From the NCBI RefSeq assembly GCF_964188315.1, contig NC_135660.1, positions 79,546,001 through 79,610,000 of the forward strand: DNA of 64,000 nt, read 5' to 3'. Within the stretch, counting starts at the first letter, position 1; each line of letters starts with the position of its first letter. The notes under the pieces were generated by a model. The model saw only the letters and a program-made list of their open reading frames with translations, searched no databases and was not told the origin of the DNA. This DNA comes from Podarcis muralis (lineage: Eukaryota). The position numbers and the translations under genes were made by a program. This document shows positions 26,900 to 38,832 of the stretch, one piece after another.

Positions 26900-27340
26900 T
26901 AAATCTGCACCGTACCACTAGCCAGCCAAGCGCCCCCTGCGAATCCGCTTAAGTTTCGCCGGTCTGCACTCTGCCTTATGGGGCCCGATCGCGGGGGTTC
27001 GGGTTCTCCGTCGCCTAGCAACCGGGACGCCTTACTCGGCACAGCCCCGCCCACGAGGCGGCGCAGTACGTCCACAAGCGTCTCGGCTGCGCGCGCACGT
27101 GCTGCTGCCGCCGCCTCATTGGCTTAATCGCTGCACGCCTACTGTTTGCGTCTCCCGGCATCACAAGAGATAGGAAAGGGAAGTTAAAAAGAAGAGAAGC
27201 CCGGCTGCTGTCGTCTTCAGGGTCCCGTTACGTCTCCCTGCCTGCAGCAGAGAGATAGGAAAGGAGAGAGAGACAGAGAATCCCTTTGCTCTCGTCGGGG
27301 TATCCTGTTTTGTGTATTATTACCGTGGAAACAGAAAAGC
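26900..27340. promoter_or_regulatory. Bidirectional DYDC2/DYDC1 CpG-rich promoter with RFX X-boxes
   Basis: CpG-rich patch between divergent genes. X-box GTCGCCTAGCAAC 27010-27022, X-box-like ATTACCGTGGAAAC 27319-27332, CACGTG 27096-27101, inverted CCAAT about 27118, MYB-type TAACGG (minus) 27225-27230. Confidence 0.7.
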
Positions 27341-27752
27341 ACACTAGCTGGTTGTACATGAGATGGACATAGGAGGAGATAGCAGAGCCCAATTCTCCAA
27401 GATTGGAAGGCGCTGCTGTGCAAGAAGAGTTTGAGCTTGAACCCAACTGCGCAACACGATTCTTGAAATGGTTAATTTTTTAACAACATTTTTGCTTCTT
27501 GAAAGTATTTACGACCCGCTCTCCATTCAAAAGTGCCAGGGTGGAAATGTACACAGTGTAAATTTGACATTTTTTATTAAAAAAAACCACAGCCAAAAAC
27601 TTAAAACAAAATATAGACTTCAGTTACAAATAAAACCAGCACCAGCAGCAGAAATTCAAATGTGCAATACATCTTACCCATTCCCAGATGCCTGGGTTGT
27701 AAGCCAGAAGGCATTGTCCGTGTACTATTTCAGTCTATAGCTTTTATGTATT

Positions 27753-27976
27753 GTTGTTGTTAGTCGTTTAGTCATGTCCGACTCTTCGTGACCCCATGGA
27801 CCAGAGCACGCCAGGCACTCCTGTCTTCCACTGCCTCCCGCAGTTTGGTCAGACTCATGTTTGTAGCTTCAATAACACTGTCCAACATCTCGTCCTCTGT
27901 CGTCCCCTTCTTCTTGTGCCCTCAATCTTTCCCAACATCAGGGTCTTTTCCAGGGAGTCTTCTCTTCTCATGAGGT
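27753..27976 (-). mobile_element. RTE/BovB LINE 3' fragment
   Basis: Same 3' end as the 4436 copy; TSD TTTTATGTATT at 27742-27752 and 27977-27987. Confidence 0.92.
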
Positions 27977-27986
27977 TTTTATGTAT

Positions 27987-28125
27987 TAGAATCATAGAAT
28001 TGTAGAGTCGGAAGGGACCCTGAGGATCGTCTAGTCCAACCCCCTGCTATGCAGGAGCTGTGCCATACAAGGATTGAACCTGCAACCTCAGCGTTATCAG
28101 CACCACACTCTAACCAGCTGAGTTA
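27987..28125 (-). mobile_element. tRNA-Ile-headed SINE with CR1-type tail
   Basis: Head CTCAGCTGGTTAGAGTGTGGTGCTGATAACGCTGAGGTTGCAGGTTCAATCC; same tail as the Lys-headed copies. Confidence 0.8.
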
Positions 28126-28183
28126 CACATTGAGAACCTGGATTGAAAAGTAACTAACAGCTAAATCACTCAGTAACCATGCA

Positions 28184-28712
28184 AACACGGGTGGCGCTGT
28201 CGGTTAAACCACAGAGCCTAGGACTTGCTGACTTGTTCGAATCCCCGAGACGGGGTGAGCCAGTGGCGTAGCTTGGGGGGTGCAGGGGGGCCAGCCGCAC
28301 CGGGCGCAACATCTGGGGTTAGGGCAAATCCACAGGTTAGGAGGCGCAAATCCACGGGTTAGGGGGCGCAAATCCACGGGTTAGGGGGAGCAAATTACTT
28401 GCCTTGCCCCGGGTGCTGACAACCCACGCTACGCCACTGGGGTGAGCTCCTGTGCTCAGTCCCTGCTCCTGCCAACCTAGCAGTTGAAACGCACGTCAAA
28501 GTGCAAGTAGATAAATAGGTACCGCTTCAGTGGGAAGATAAACAGCGTTTCCGTGCGCTGCTCTGGTTTGCCAGAAGCGGCTTAGTCATGCTGGCCACAT
28601 GACCCGGAAGCTGTACGCCGGCTCCCTCAGCCAATAAAGCGAGATGAGTGCCGCAACCCCAGAGTCGGCCACAACTGGACCTAATGGTCAGGGGTCCCTT
28701 TACCTTTACCTT
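28184..28712 (+). mobile_element. Sauria SINE, subfamily A, interrupted by a hAT MITE
   Basis: TSD TAACCATGCA at 28174-28183 and 28713-28722. Confidence 0.92.
28261..28439. mobile_element. hAT MITE (CAGTGGCGTAGC TIR) with internal 22-bp TTAGGG-containing repeats
   Basis: Perfect 8-bp TSD GGGTGAGC at 28253-28260 and 28440-28447. Confidence 0.93.
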
Positions 28713-30654
28713 TAACCATGCATAGGATTGGGCTGTAACGTTTGAGGCAGGGACATTTAATGCAAAATAATGATTAAAAGCATTTGGCCCAGCTTCACTT
28801 GCGAGTAATCACTATTCTAGGATTTCTAAAGAAGAGTGCAGTACAAAAGCCTGCACAAGCTTGCATGAGAAAGAAATGTGGTGGTAGAACACTCCCCACA
28901 GATTGTTGTGGAAGTCCACCAGCTATTTCTGAACATCTGTATTTGTGAACACTTGGTGTGCCCAACAGAAGTTGTATCACTTCTGTATGTGTCCCCTTCC
29001 TTCTTTGGTGTTGTTGCATGTCACTCCAATCTTCAAGCGGTGCAAGAATCCAGGTGTTCCCCCGAGGTTCAAGTTTCCTTTTGGAATGAGGCACAGCGGA
29101 GACTATGGTGTCTTTATGATATATGGGTTATTCACACTGAGCCTACAATCCCAGCCTCATCACCCTAAAAGGGACCTTTTTTCTCCCATAACTGCAGCCT
29201 TGGATTCAAACAGACATCAAACAGTGCTCTCTGACACTTTCTCCACCTTGCTGCCTTACTTCTAGGTCCTATCACTGCTCTGAAACTTTCTACTCTAAAC
29301 CCTGGCTTTATCTGTTGGGGGAAGGACCCCCACCCACCTGCTGTCTTGCACCAAACCCCTTAATCCCCCTTAATGGCTTGTCACACAGGCTATCACCCTC
29401 ACTAGGAGGCTAGCTTGGCTATTCCATGAATTGGAAGCCTTGATTAAATTCTAACACTTGCTGGATGCAGGGATTAAAGGGGTCTGGCACCCAGTTTAAC
29501 AGCCTAAACAGTGTGTATGATTCCTACCTTTTTGTTGCAGCTAAGGGACCCACTTAGCTGTATATAATGGAGGCTGAAATTAGCATTAATTTCTTGATAG
29601 ATGCTTGTATAATGTGGGTCAAAACAAGTACCTGTCATTTCTTGTTACAAGTGGACTATTGATGTGTTTACCTTAGTGGAAAGGAAAGGAATAAAAGGGT
29701 TTTTTAACCTATCTTTCAAAGGTGGAGGTTTGTTTTTAAAAGCCTTCCTTTTCTGAATACAGTAATGTGCAAGCTTATAAATTACCCACATTAATACAGA
29801 TATCCAAAAATAAAGTAATGCAATGTAAACATTTCAACTTCATATATTCTTTTTCCAATTGATAACAATAAAAAACACAAAGAAATACTATCTATCCAAG
29901 AAGGAAGGAGATACAGAATCTTCAGGGAGATAGCAGCATAGGGCTAGAACACTGGTCCGTTGCTAGGATACCAAACAGCAGCATCCAGGCTTAACTGTTT
30001 CCATCTTTGGATATACACAGAGCTTATTCTTCTAGACAAGAGTGAAGAAAATACCAGTAAGGGTTTGGTCACCCTTGCATCAGGAACAAAGTTCTCCTCT
30101 TCATATGAGTGTGAGTTGTCCTTTAGTAAGTACTCTTTCCATGTTCTTAAGTAGATATCAAATGACAGTTTAGTACCTACTTAGTTTGTATAGGCTCTGG
30201 AATCTGCATTGAGCTAATTCAACCGAAGGTCAGTTTACACATCAGTGTGGTTGGATTACCTACCATGGGCCTGATCCATCCCAAAGTCTGGCTTCTGTTC
30301 TGTTCTGCAGCTCCTGTCCATTTTCACAGGGCTTATGCAGAAGGATTTCAGGGGTGGTTAGCACTAGCCTGAAATAAACTCTTAGGAATTGCAACCTTTA
30401 AGTTTCACAGAGCAAGCCTTTAATCATAGATTTCCACCCAGGTCAAAGCTAGCTATTAATTTATTGGTTTCTTTAAATATCTCGGCAACTTTTTAAACCG
30501 GTAAAGGTTGTCAAAGCAGCTTATATTTCTGTTTGTTAAATTACTGTAATGTACATCTATTATTCAAAATGTTTTCCTCCTCCTCCCACGGCTTGCCACC
30601 ATTTTTAGATCCAAAAGGACTAATCGCCGTCACAGATACTTGGGAGAACTGAAA

Positions 30655-33600
30655 ATGGAGACTGCATATCTCAAAAAATGCCTAGGCAGATGCTTGGCAG
30701 AGGGCCTTGCCGAGGTGGCAGAACGTCGGCCAGCAGACCCAATCCTGTACTTGGCATGGTGGATTTATAAATATCGGAAAAATATGGATGATGCACTCCA
30801 CGTGAGTCCTCTGCTTCTACACTTAATATTGTCAGACACTTCAAATATTAAATACTAATGCTAGTTATTATATTAGGGGAACAGTCTTGTGTGTGTTAAG
30901 TGAAAACACAAGTATGGGCTTTGCATCATTTGATGCTTGCTGAATGGCCAGTTGATAATCCTAGAGCCATGAATGAGATAACACATACTTTCAGGGCAGG
31001 AGCTAAAATTACTTCCTTCCCATTCCCTGTCCTGGCATTCCTGTTATTAAATTAAAGGTGTTCACTACTGCCATTGTTAATAACGCTTGAGCAGAGCTTT
31101 ACACCGTAGGGATGTCAAGGCTGAGCTATGCCCCTTTCTGCAGCTGGAGAGAGTCCTAAACAAGCAAAATTTTCAATTTTTTCAATTTCAATTTATTAAT
31201 ATTATTATTAGGCTAGGAACTGCGCTCCTGCTTGCTCTGCTTGCATATTTGTAAGCAGACAAGATATTACTGTGAAGTCCAGATACTTTTGCTTAGCAAT
31301 AGATCTGAGCCTCTCATTTTCTGTCACCTGAACCTTTTGCTGCTCAGAGATGTGAAACTTCGTATCTCCTTTTCTGTTTTCTCTTATGCTGCCTTTTTAA
31401 AAAACCAATCATTTACAGAGGAAACTGGAAAGGGAAGATCTAGAGCGAGAGCGTGAGGAGGCCAAAAGAGAACTGGAAATGATCGAAAGAATGAAGGAAG
31501 AAGAACTTTTGTTTCAGCAGAAGCTTGAAGAAGAGAGGCAGGTAGGGCAGAGCAACCAAACAGAGAAAGAGTCAAAAAGCCCAAGCTGTGTGTGAGTGCT
31601 TCCAGAAGGGGGCATTATTATAAAGATCTGTTTTTCCCCCCTTTGTGGCTAGCATCCACACATTCCTGAGGACCAGGGGGTAACCTGAGCCTTCCATTGC
31701 ATGAACAGAAGAGCATTGTGCCTGCAACAAGGGATTCTTTTGAATGTTCTGAGGTCATACACTGATAATTTTTGAGAGTTCATATCTCAGAGATGAATTA
31801 AAAGACACCAGCAGGGTTTGTAATGTTTGGGCAGAAATGTACTTTTGCGCTAGCTAATGCAATTTCATTTAATACACCTGTACAAGTCTGCTGAGAAGTA
31901 AATCTGGCTGAGTTCGGTAGGCTTTACTTCGAGGTACCTGTGTATAGGATTGCAGCCTTTGTGTACACCATGTGTGGATGGGTGGATATTTTTCCTTTGG
32001 CTGATCTCTAATCCCAACCCACAATTCATAAAGCAAAGCCAATTGGTCCTTTTTAAATGATATAAACTATTTATTCATACATAGGTCTGGGGGGAACCCT
32101 TGATTAAACATGGAACGAAGGCATAAGATTTTAAATTTTTCTGTGACCTTAAAGCAAGGAAGTGCAAAATTATATGATTTCTACTTTCATTGAGCAATCT
32201 AAACTGAACACCAGAGAAGTTGGCTCAGTTTGCACACAATGCTAAGTCGGCTGATGGGTCTCATTTTTTTGCCCCCCCCCCCCCCGTGCAAAAACTCCCT
32301 GCAAATCAAGAAGAAAGAAAGAAAAAAACTAGCACATCAAGGGAGAAATTCCTTTTCACCAACTTGCACTTTTGCATGATATGGCTGCAGGCACAAATGG
32401 AACGAGAACGGGAAGAACAAGAGAGATTAGAGAGAGAAAGAGAAGAAGAGCTTCTATTGGAGCAGAAACTACAAGCAGAGTTGGAGGTAGGATAAAATGT
32501 CATTGATGATCATTTCTATTTTGCATGCCAACACTCATCAAATAGCCGTCTCCCAAATTATGTTCTAGCAGCTTTCAGCTGAGGAATGGGCTTGTTTCTC
32601 CTGTGATCTGGGTCCCTCCCCCAAGTGTTCTTGCCTCCTGTGTTTGAAGTTTGGAGAGCATCTAGGTTAGGAGAGCCAAGCAAACCATGGTCAAGGATGA
32701 GTTTGCACATAAGGCTAAGCCATAGTTGTTTTCCCATCCTTTAAATTAGGACATGTGCAATAACAATAAGGGCCAATAACTGCTGGGCAGTGGAGCAGGG
32801 GGAAGTTACATATCACCAATTTATTTTAATTATTCCCAAAGAAGACATTTTTATGCTTTCGTTGAAAAACAAGCAAGCATCTAATCAGTCAGAATTGGCC
32901 TCTGCTGACTATGGTGGCTCTTTGTCTTAGTCACATTGCTCAGAGAATAGAGGGAGAAATTCAGTGGGTCTCAAGTGCTGCTGTGTGTCTCAAACAGGTC
33001 CCATTTGTTTCAATGAAATTTTTGTGCACAGGAGAGACTACCCATTCAGCTCAATGGTCTGAGAAAGGAGCTGGGGAATGGCTCGCATCTTGATTTTCGT
33101 GTGCTTACATATTTACGGCTTCATTCAGCTGAATACATCATAAAATCGCTTGGATTCGCCGTGGTATTGAAAATGGAATTTGAATTGTAGGCAAAGGCAG
33201 CTGCTGAGAAAGAGACACCGTCGAAAACCTTAGCTGAGCTGACCGACAAATATGGGGCTCCTCATCTGAGCAGAGTTGACGAGATAGATGAAATTGAACA
33301 ATCTGATGTAAGTACGACCAGATTCCTCTAAGAAGGCCACTAGCGGGACACAAAGGCAGGAGCCGTTTCCTGTTGCATCTCTCCAGCGACTGGTTTTCAT
33401 TGACATTTTGCCTCTGAATATAGAGATCCCATGGCGTTGTTGGTTTCATATGACCAACAGTCTTATTATCCTCCGTGAATTTTCCTAATCCCCTTTTACA
33501 GCTACTTAAGTAGTGACCATGGGACACAGGTGGCGCTGTGGGTTAAACCACAGAGCCTAGAGCTTGCTGATCAGAAGGTTGGTGGTTTGAATCCCCGCTA

Positions 33601-34991
33601 CGGCATGAGCTCCCGTTGCTCGGTCCCTGCTCCTGCCAACCTAGCAGTTCGAAAGCACCTCAAAGTGCAAATAGATAAATAGGTACCACTCCGGCGGGAA
33701 GGTAAACGGCGTTTCTGTGCACTGCTCTGGTCCGCCAGAAGCGGCAGTCATGCTGGCCACATGACCCAGAAGCTGTATGCTGGCTCCCTCGGCCAATAAA
33801 GCGAGATGAGCGCCACAACCCCAGACTCGGCCACGACTGGACCTAATGGTAAGGGGTCCCTTTACCTTTAAGTAGTGACCACCATCTCCATGTCCTCTGG
33901 AAGGAAGTTCTCATTTCCAGTGCATGATTCCATTGAGAGCGTGAGCTACTGGTGTGACACTCTTGCCAGGGTTTCTGGAATACTAGAGTGTGGGCAGAAA
34001 GCAAGGAGAGCAGTGCTGCTCACCTCTGCTCTTCTTCTGGGGCAGTGATTTTCAAGCATTTTGCCTCCAGAGGACTGATACTTGCACATGGTCTGGGTGA
34101 GTGGAGGGAGAAAATAACCTCAGTCTCATCCCTCCTGTAGTGGCAAAATGCAAGGATCCAGTAATGAGAGAATACTCTCTGGTGCCTGGGTTATTATAGG
34201 GCCAAACTAGATATGATGGCAGAAAATCTGCCACAAACACAACAAAAAAGGGGTGTTATCTAGTTTTAATAATAAAGGGAGTGGTTGAATAAAGAGTATA
34301 GAGAGATCTCCCCCTATCTGATGCTTACCTCCCTGAAATATACTCAGAGTCCTGCAGTGATTTCATGCTCTTTATCACAGCTTGTAAAACAGTGATTGAA
34401 TTGACCCCCAAACCTCAGGCTTTTATATACATTATTTACGCAATGAGTCCCATCTGATTGGCTGATTCTGCTTCCTTCCTGGAGCCTGATTGGTCTTTTC
34501 CTGCAGGCCAATCAGTTGTTGCATTCTCCGATCCGACCAGCCTAATAGGCTGATTAACTTCCTCCTAGAGCCTGATTGGTCTTCTCCTGCAAGCCAATCA
34601 GTTGTTGCATTCTAGGATCCTACCTGCCTATTGTTCTATGATCCAAACTTGGTACATAACATTCCCTGCAACGATCTCTCTAGGCAACTTTTTCCCAGTT
34701 GAGCTCATTTCTGATATTAGAATAATGGAATCGCAGAATCGTAGGACTGGGAGGGACCCCAGGTGTCATCTGATAAATTCTAAGAAACACCCCCTGAAAT
34801 GTTTGGGTTGAGTTTTTGTTCACTGAGTAGTCTGACAGCCATTTAAACACTTTCCCCCCTGCTTTTTTCACAGATCATCTTAAAAGTTCCAATAAGCGAT
34901 AACTTTCTCTCTTTCCCTCTTTTTTCTTGATTTCCAGCATGCACTGACTACAGTAGCTGAGACAGAGGAAGGAGAAGAGTCGCCTGTTTGA
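30655..34991 (+). CDS. DYDC1: DPY30 domain-containing protein 1, 5 coding exons, 178 aa, complete
   Basis: Exons 30655-30801 ([40 protein letters not shown], 147 nt), 31419-31541 (123 nt), 32391-32486 (96 nt), 33191-33307 (…[23 protein letters not shown]…, 117 nt), 34938-34991 ([17 protein letters not shown]). All are phase-0 GT-AG. The C-terminal motif resembles mammalian DYDC1, and the gene is co-oriented upstream of MAT1A as in human. Confidence 0.9.
33345..33920 (-). mobile_element. Old CR1 3' fragment containing a Sauria SINE
   Basis: ...CCTCCGTGAATTTTCCTAATCCCCTTTTA..[SINE]..CCATCTCCATGTCCTCTGG resembles the reverse complement of a CR1 ORF2 end. Confidence 0.55.
33521..33867 (+). mobile_element. 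Sauria SINE, subfamily A
   Basis: 14-bp TSD TTAAGTAGTGACCA at 33506-33519 and 33868-33881. Confidence 0.93.
34254..34661 (-). mobile_element. Solo-LTR-like element in the last DYDC1 intron (left edge uncertain)
   Basis: TGTTA...TAACA ends; minus-strand TATA (GTATATAAAAG, about 34420-34430) preceded by several CCAAT boxes; internal ~50-bp duplication; TSD not resolved. Confidence 0.55.
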
Positions 34992-35132
34992 GAGATATCT
35001 TTCTCACCTGCAGCTGTTTATTCCAGAAACTTCAAGGGCTGCTACAGGTGTGGATGGCTGGTATTTGTTTTAGGGCTACTGATACAATGAATTAATGCAG
35101 CTAAAGAGCAAACTCCCACCACCAAAATATAA

Positions 35133-35138
35133 AATAAA
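35133..35138 (+). terminator. DYDC1 polyadenylation signal
   Basis: AATAAA about 140 nt after the TGA. Confidence 0.65.
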
Positions 35139-35424
35139 AGCATGTTGTATAAGGTAGTCCCTGTTTACTTACCGGATGAGGCGGTGCCTTCATGTACAAT
35201 ATAACCCAATCACTAGTTGGGAATAAACAGAACTAAGAGCCCAACAGCAAGACCTGGTTCAAGTTAGGATGGTCCTCTCTGTTGTATTGGCACTGAGGTT
35301 GTGCCCAAGGTTGCCATGTCATAGACTTCAAAACACTGCCTCTCTGGGGAAGACCAGAGAGGGCAGAGAGCAGAGCAGATTCTAATGGGTCATGGGTCAT
35401 GACTGGCATTGACAGAATCTACAT

Positions 35425-35560
35425 CAGGCATCCCCAAACTCGGCCCTCCAAATGTTTTGGGACTACATTTCCCATCATCCCTGACCACTGGTCCTGTTAG
35501 CTAGGGATGATGGAAGTTGTGGTCCCAAAACATCTGGAGGGCCGAGTTTGGGGATACCTG
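35425..35560. mobile_element. Palindromic hAT-like MITE (GGACTACA..TCCCATCATCCCT family)
   Basis: Near-perfect hairpin of about 135 bp; relatives at 50156-50285, 62260-62395, 63243-63376 and 63801-63939. Confidence 0.85.
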
Positions 35561-36801
35561 AATTCCACATGGTCACTCATGGGTGGAACAAGACAGGTTT
35601 GTGGGTGGAATCAATAACAACAAACGTTTACTAGAGACACTCTGAAATTCATCTCTTAACACAGGCATCAGCATAAAGCCATGTTTTTATCATATTTCGT
35701 GCCATTTGGACCCCAACATTTCAGGTGTGCACATGGGGAATTTGCAATTCCCTAATGGGACTCCAGTTGGCTTCCTTTGCTGTGAAATTCTGAATAAAAC
35801 AAGACACATGTACACAGAAGGCACCCAAAACAGAAGAGTTGCCCCTTTTATATTAGTAACAAAATAGGTGGAGTATGGTTTTTATTTTATTTTAGGATTA
35901 TATGATTATATTTGGATGAAGTGGTGTTGCTGTTTGAAAAATATCTCCAGATATGTGGATTCCTCCCTCCCCCTCCCCCCTCAAATGGTGCTTGCAGGTT
36001 TATTTAGCTAAACCTGAGACCCCTTACGCAGACACTGAAAAGAATGCGTTGATAGTAATATGCTCCTCACAGCTGTTGCCATCCTACTAGTAAGGATGAA
36101 AACAGATATGAGGCCCAAAATAAGGTCAAACTGAATTAAGCAGTGTAACTAGATGGGCTCCTCTCAAAGCTGGAATTCTCTGTGTGCGTATCCACACGCT
36201 AAATGGAAGTTACACATAAACTTGTTCTTTATTAAGAGCCTGCATTGCAGAAGCTTATGTGTATTGAGCAAACCTTAGCCAACACAGTTGTGACTTTCTT
36301 TCCCATGTGTTGAACACTTAGGATATTATTTGCACCACAGTTAAATAATAGGCCACTTTTCCTACCTTGGGCAAGTGGCTGCTGTCAACGCAGAGTGGGG
36401 TAGTGAGGTTAGCCCTGTGCCCAGCTCACATCCATATATTGGATGCTACATGTAATACCAGGCATGGGAAATTTACCATGTTCCATGTTATGGGCAAGTG
36501 CATATTGGGCTTTATAAACCTACATTTAAGTTAGATGTTCTGTCTGACCCACGGAGGTGAGGTAAACCTAGGGAGTGAGGCAGGCATGCCCCAAAGCAAA
36601 ACAGGCAGACAGGATTCAGCTGCCCCTTAGTGCCACACTTATGCCCACTTTGCAGAGATGTGCAAAGAGCTACAGTACAACCACAAAGAAGCAAATGGCC
36701 TGAGAATATCCAAATGCAGTTGGCTAACCAAATATTGCATCAACACAGGTTTTGGAGATCAGAATCCTATTATGTTTATTTGTATGTCATATTTCCATTA
36801 T

Positions 36802-37160
36802 AGGTAAAAGGGTAAAGGGGACCCCTGACCATTAGGTCCAGTCGTGGCCGGCTCTGGGGTTGCGGCGCTCATCTCGCTTTATTGGCCAAAGGAGATCTTG
36901 GCGTACAGTTTCCAGGTCATGTGGCCAGCATGACTAAGCTACTTCTGGTGAACCAGAGCAGCACACGGAAACGCCGTTTACCTTCCCGCTGGAGCGGTAC
37001 CTGTTAATCTACTTGCACTTTCGATGCTTTCGAACTGCTAGGTTGGCAGGAGCAGGGACCACGCAATGGGAGCTCACCCCGTCGCGGGGATTTGAACCGC
37101 CGACCTTCTGATCGGGAAGTCCTAGGCTCTGTGGTTTAACCCACAGCACCACCCACGTTC
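36802..37160 (-). mobile_element. Sauria SINE, subfamily A
   Basis: Full head and tail. Confidence 0.92.
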
Positions 37161-37385
37161 ATTATATTATGCCCCAAATAGCTCACATATTCATAATCAT
37201 CATACCAGTGAGTGCAACAAAAATCTATTCATAAAACATTGCGCGGAGCAATACAAGCTAACCTAATCAAACAGCTGTAGATGTAGAACAAGTACTTCCT
37301 AGTTTATCTGCGCAAGGAAACGATGAACCAAATGTGTTTTTCGGGATGGGTGCCATTTTTAATTAAACTTCCTAATATGTCAATA

Positions 37386-37630
37386 CAGTGGTGCCTCGGG
37401 TTAAGTACTTAATTCGTTCCAGAGGTCAGTTCTTAACCTGAAACTGTTCTTAACCTGAAGCACCACTTTAGCTAATGGGGCCTCCTCCTGCTGCTGCTGC
37501 GCCGCCAGAGCACGATTTCTGTCCTCATCCTGAAGCAAAGTTCTTAACCCGGAGTACTATTTCTGGGTTAGCGGAGTCTGTAACCTGAAGCGCATGTAAC
37601 CTGAAGCGTCTGTAACCTGAGGTACCACTG
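37386..37630. mobile_element. Tc1/mariner MITE
   Basis: TA-flanked CAGTGGT(G)CCTC / GAGGTACCACTG TIRs. Confidence 0.9.
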
Positions 37631-37874
37631 TATAGAGAAATCTGGATAACGTAGATGGAAAAAAGATCTCGTTGCTACATCTACACAATGGCTCCAATTG
37701 TGTATTTTTCATAATGTTTGATGGAGAGTCCGGAGTTACCAACTTTTGATTTCAAAAGATTTGGGCCTGGGGCAGAACAGGCAAAGCCAGGACAGAACCT
37801 GATGGGGCAGAGCCAATGCACGGCTGAGTCTGGCAAGTCGGGGTGGAAGCAGGATGGGTTCTGGTGCATTGGAC

Positions 37875-38013
37875 AATCATAGAATTGTAGCGTTGGAAGA
37901 GACCACAAGCGCCGTCTCATCCAACCCCCTACAATGCAGGCATATTGTTACCCAATGTGGGGATCGAACCCTTGACCCTGCAATGAAGAGTCTCATGCTC
38001 TACTGACTGAGCG
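37875..38013 (-). mobile_element. tRNA-Lys(CTT)-headed SINE with CR1-type tail
   Basis: Head GCTCAGTCAGTAGAGCATGAGACTCTT...GGGTTCGATCCCCACATTGGG. Confidence 0.78.
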
Positions 38014-38832
38014 GAACCCAGCATAATTAGGCAAGCCATGGACCAGAGTTAGGTACGCTTGTTGCAGAATCCCAGTTTACTCATTTTCCAGACTTCTCCT
38101 GTTCCAGTTAGCTGGCCCAGAACCCTTAATGGCTGGCCCAGAAAAGTGTGGACTTGCTGGCAACCCTACACACGCATACCCAGGGACTAATAATTCGCTG
38201 AGGCTCCAAGGTTTGTTTCCTCCACATCTTTCCCTATGGACCTTGCCTTTTGAAACGCTTCACAGAAGCTGTGGGCAACATCCTGTACAAATGCAGTGAC
38301 CCGTCACTTCTTGTAAGGTGTGACGCAAATTTCCATACGAGCATTAGTAGATTACAAGGTGTCACTTAACAACTATTTTGGAGTACTTGTTAAAGGAAGC
38401 CTGTTACCTGCTGTCAGAAAAATGAAGAAATGCACCAGTATTATTGCGCTTCCAGAGATTTGCCCAAGGCCGTATGATGTATCGGTGACGTGAATATGGC
38501 AGGGACTTGAATGTGGGTTTCCTGTGCTGGGCAAACAACACTTGACAACTGGCTCATAATGATCTAAGAGCCATTGTGAGTTCATCACACAACTTCAGGG
38601 AACAGGCTGGTTCATACACTGTGTCTGTAGGGTGTCCATGCACCCATGTATAGAAATATTGCTAGAGGTTTGTATGCGCTTGCCCACTGCTGCTAAAAAG
38701 TTTACTGCAAGCCACACTGGTCAAATGATCCATCCACCTTGTTTTGATGATGGACAAATAGCTAGGGTGGATATGTGCATCTCACAGGCATTTAAGCTCA
38801 TAAACTTCAATTCACATTCAATATTTTGTAGC

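Noticed and set aside
26436-28125. tRNA-Lys and tRNA-Ile(GAT) genes
   Set aside because: The stems are degenerate and run straight into a repeated SINE tail; these are SINE heads.
28795-29100. Degenerate transposase remnant (…IGVTCNN…CWAHQ…) on minus
   Set aside because: Multiple stops and only a vague motif resemblance; needs a tblastn/HMM search.
25185-30801. Recent gene conversion between the DYDC paralogs
   Set aside because: Most synonymous positions differ even in the identical peptide stretch (GGC/GGA, TGC/TGT, GCA/GCT, GCC/GCA).
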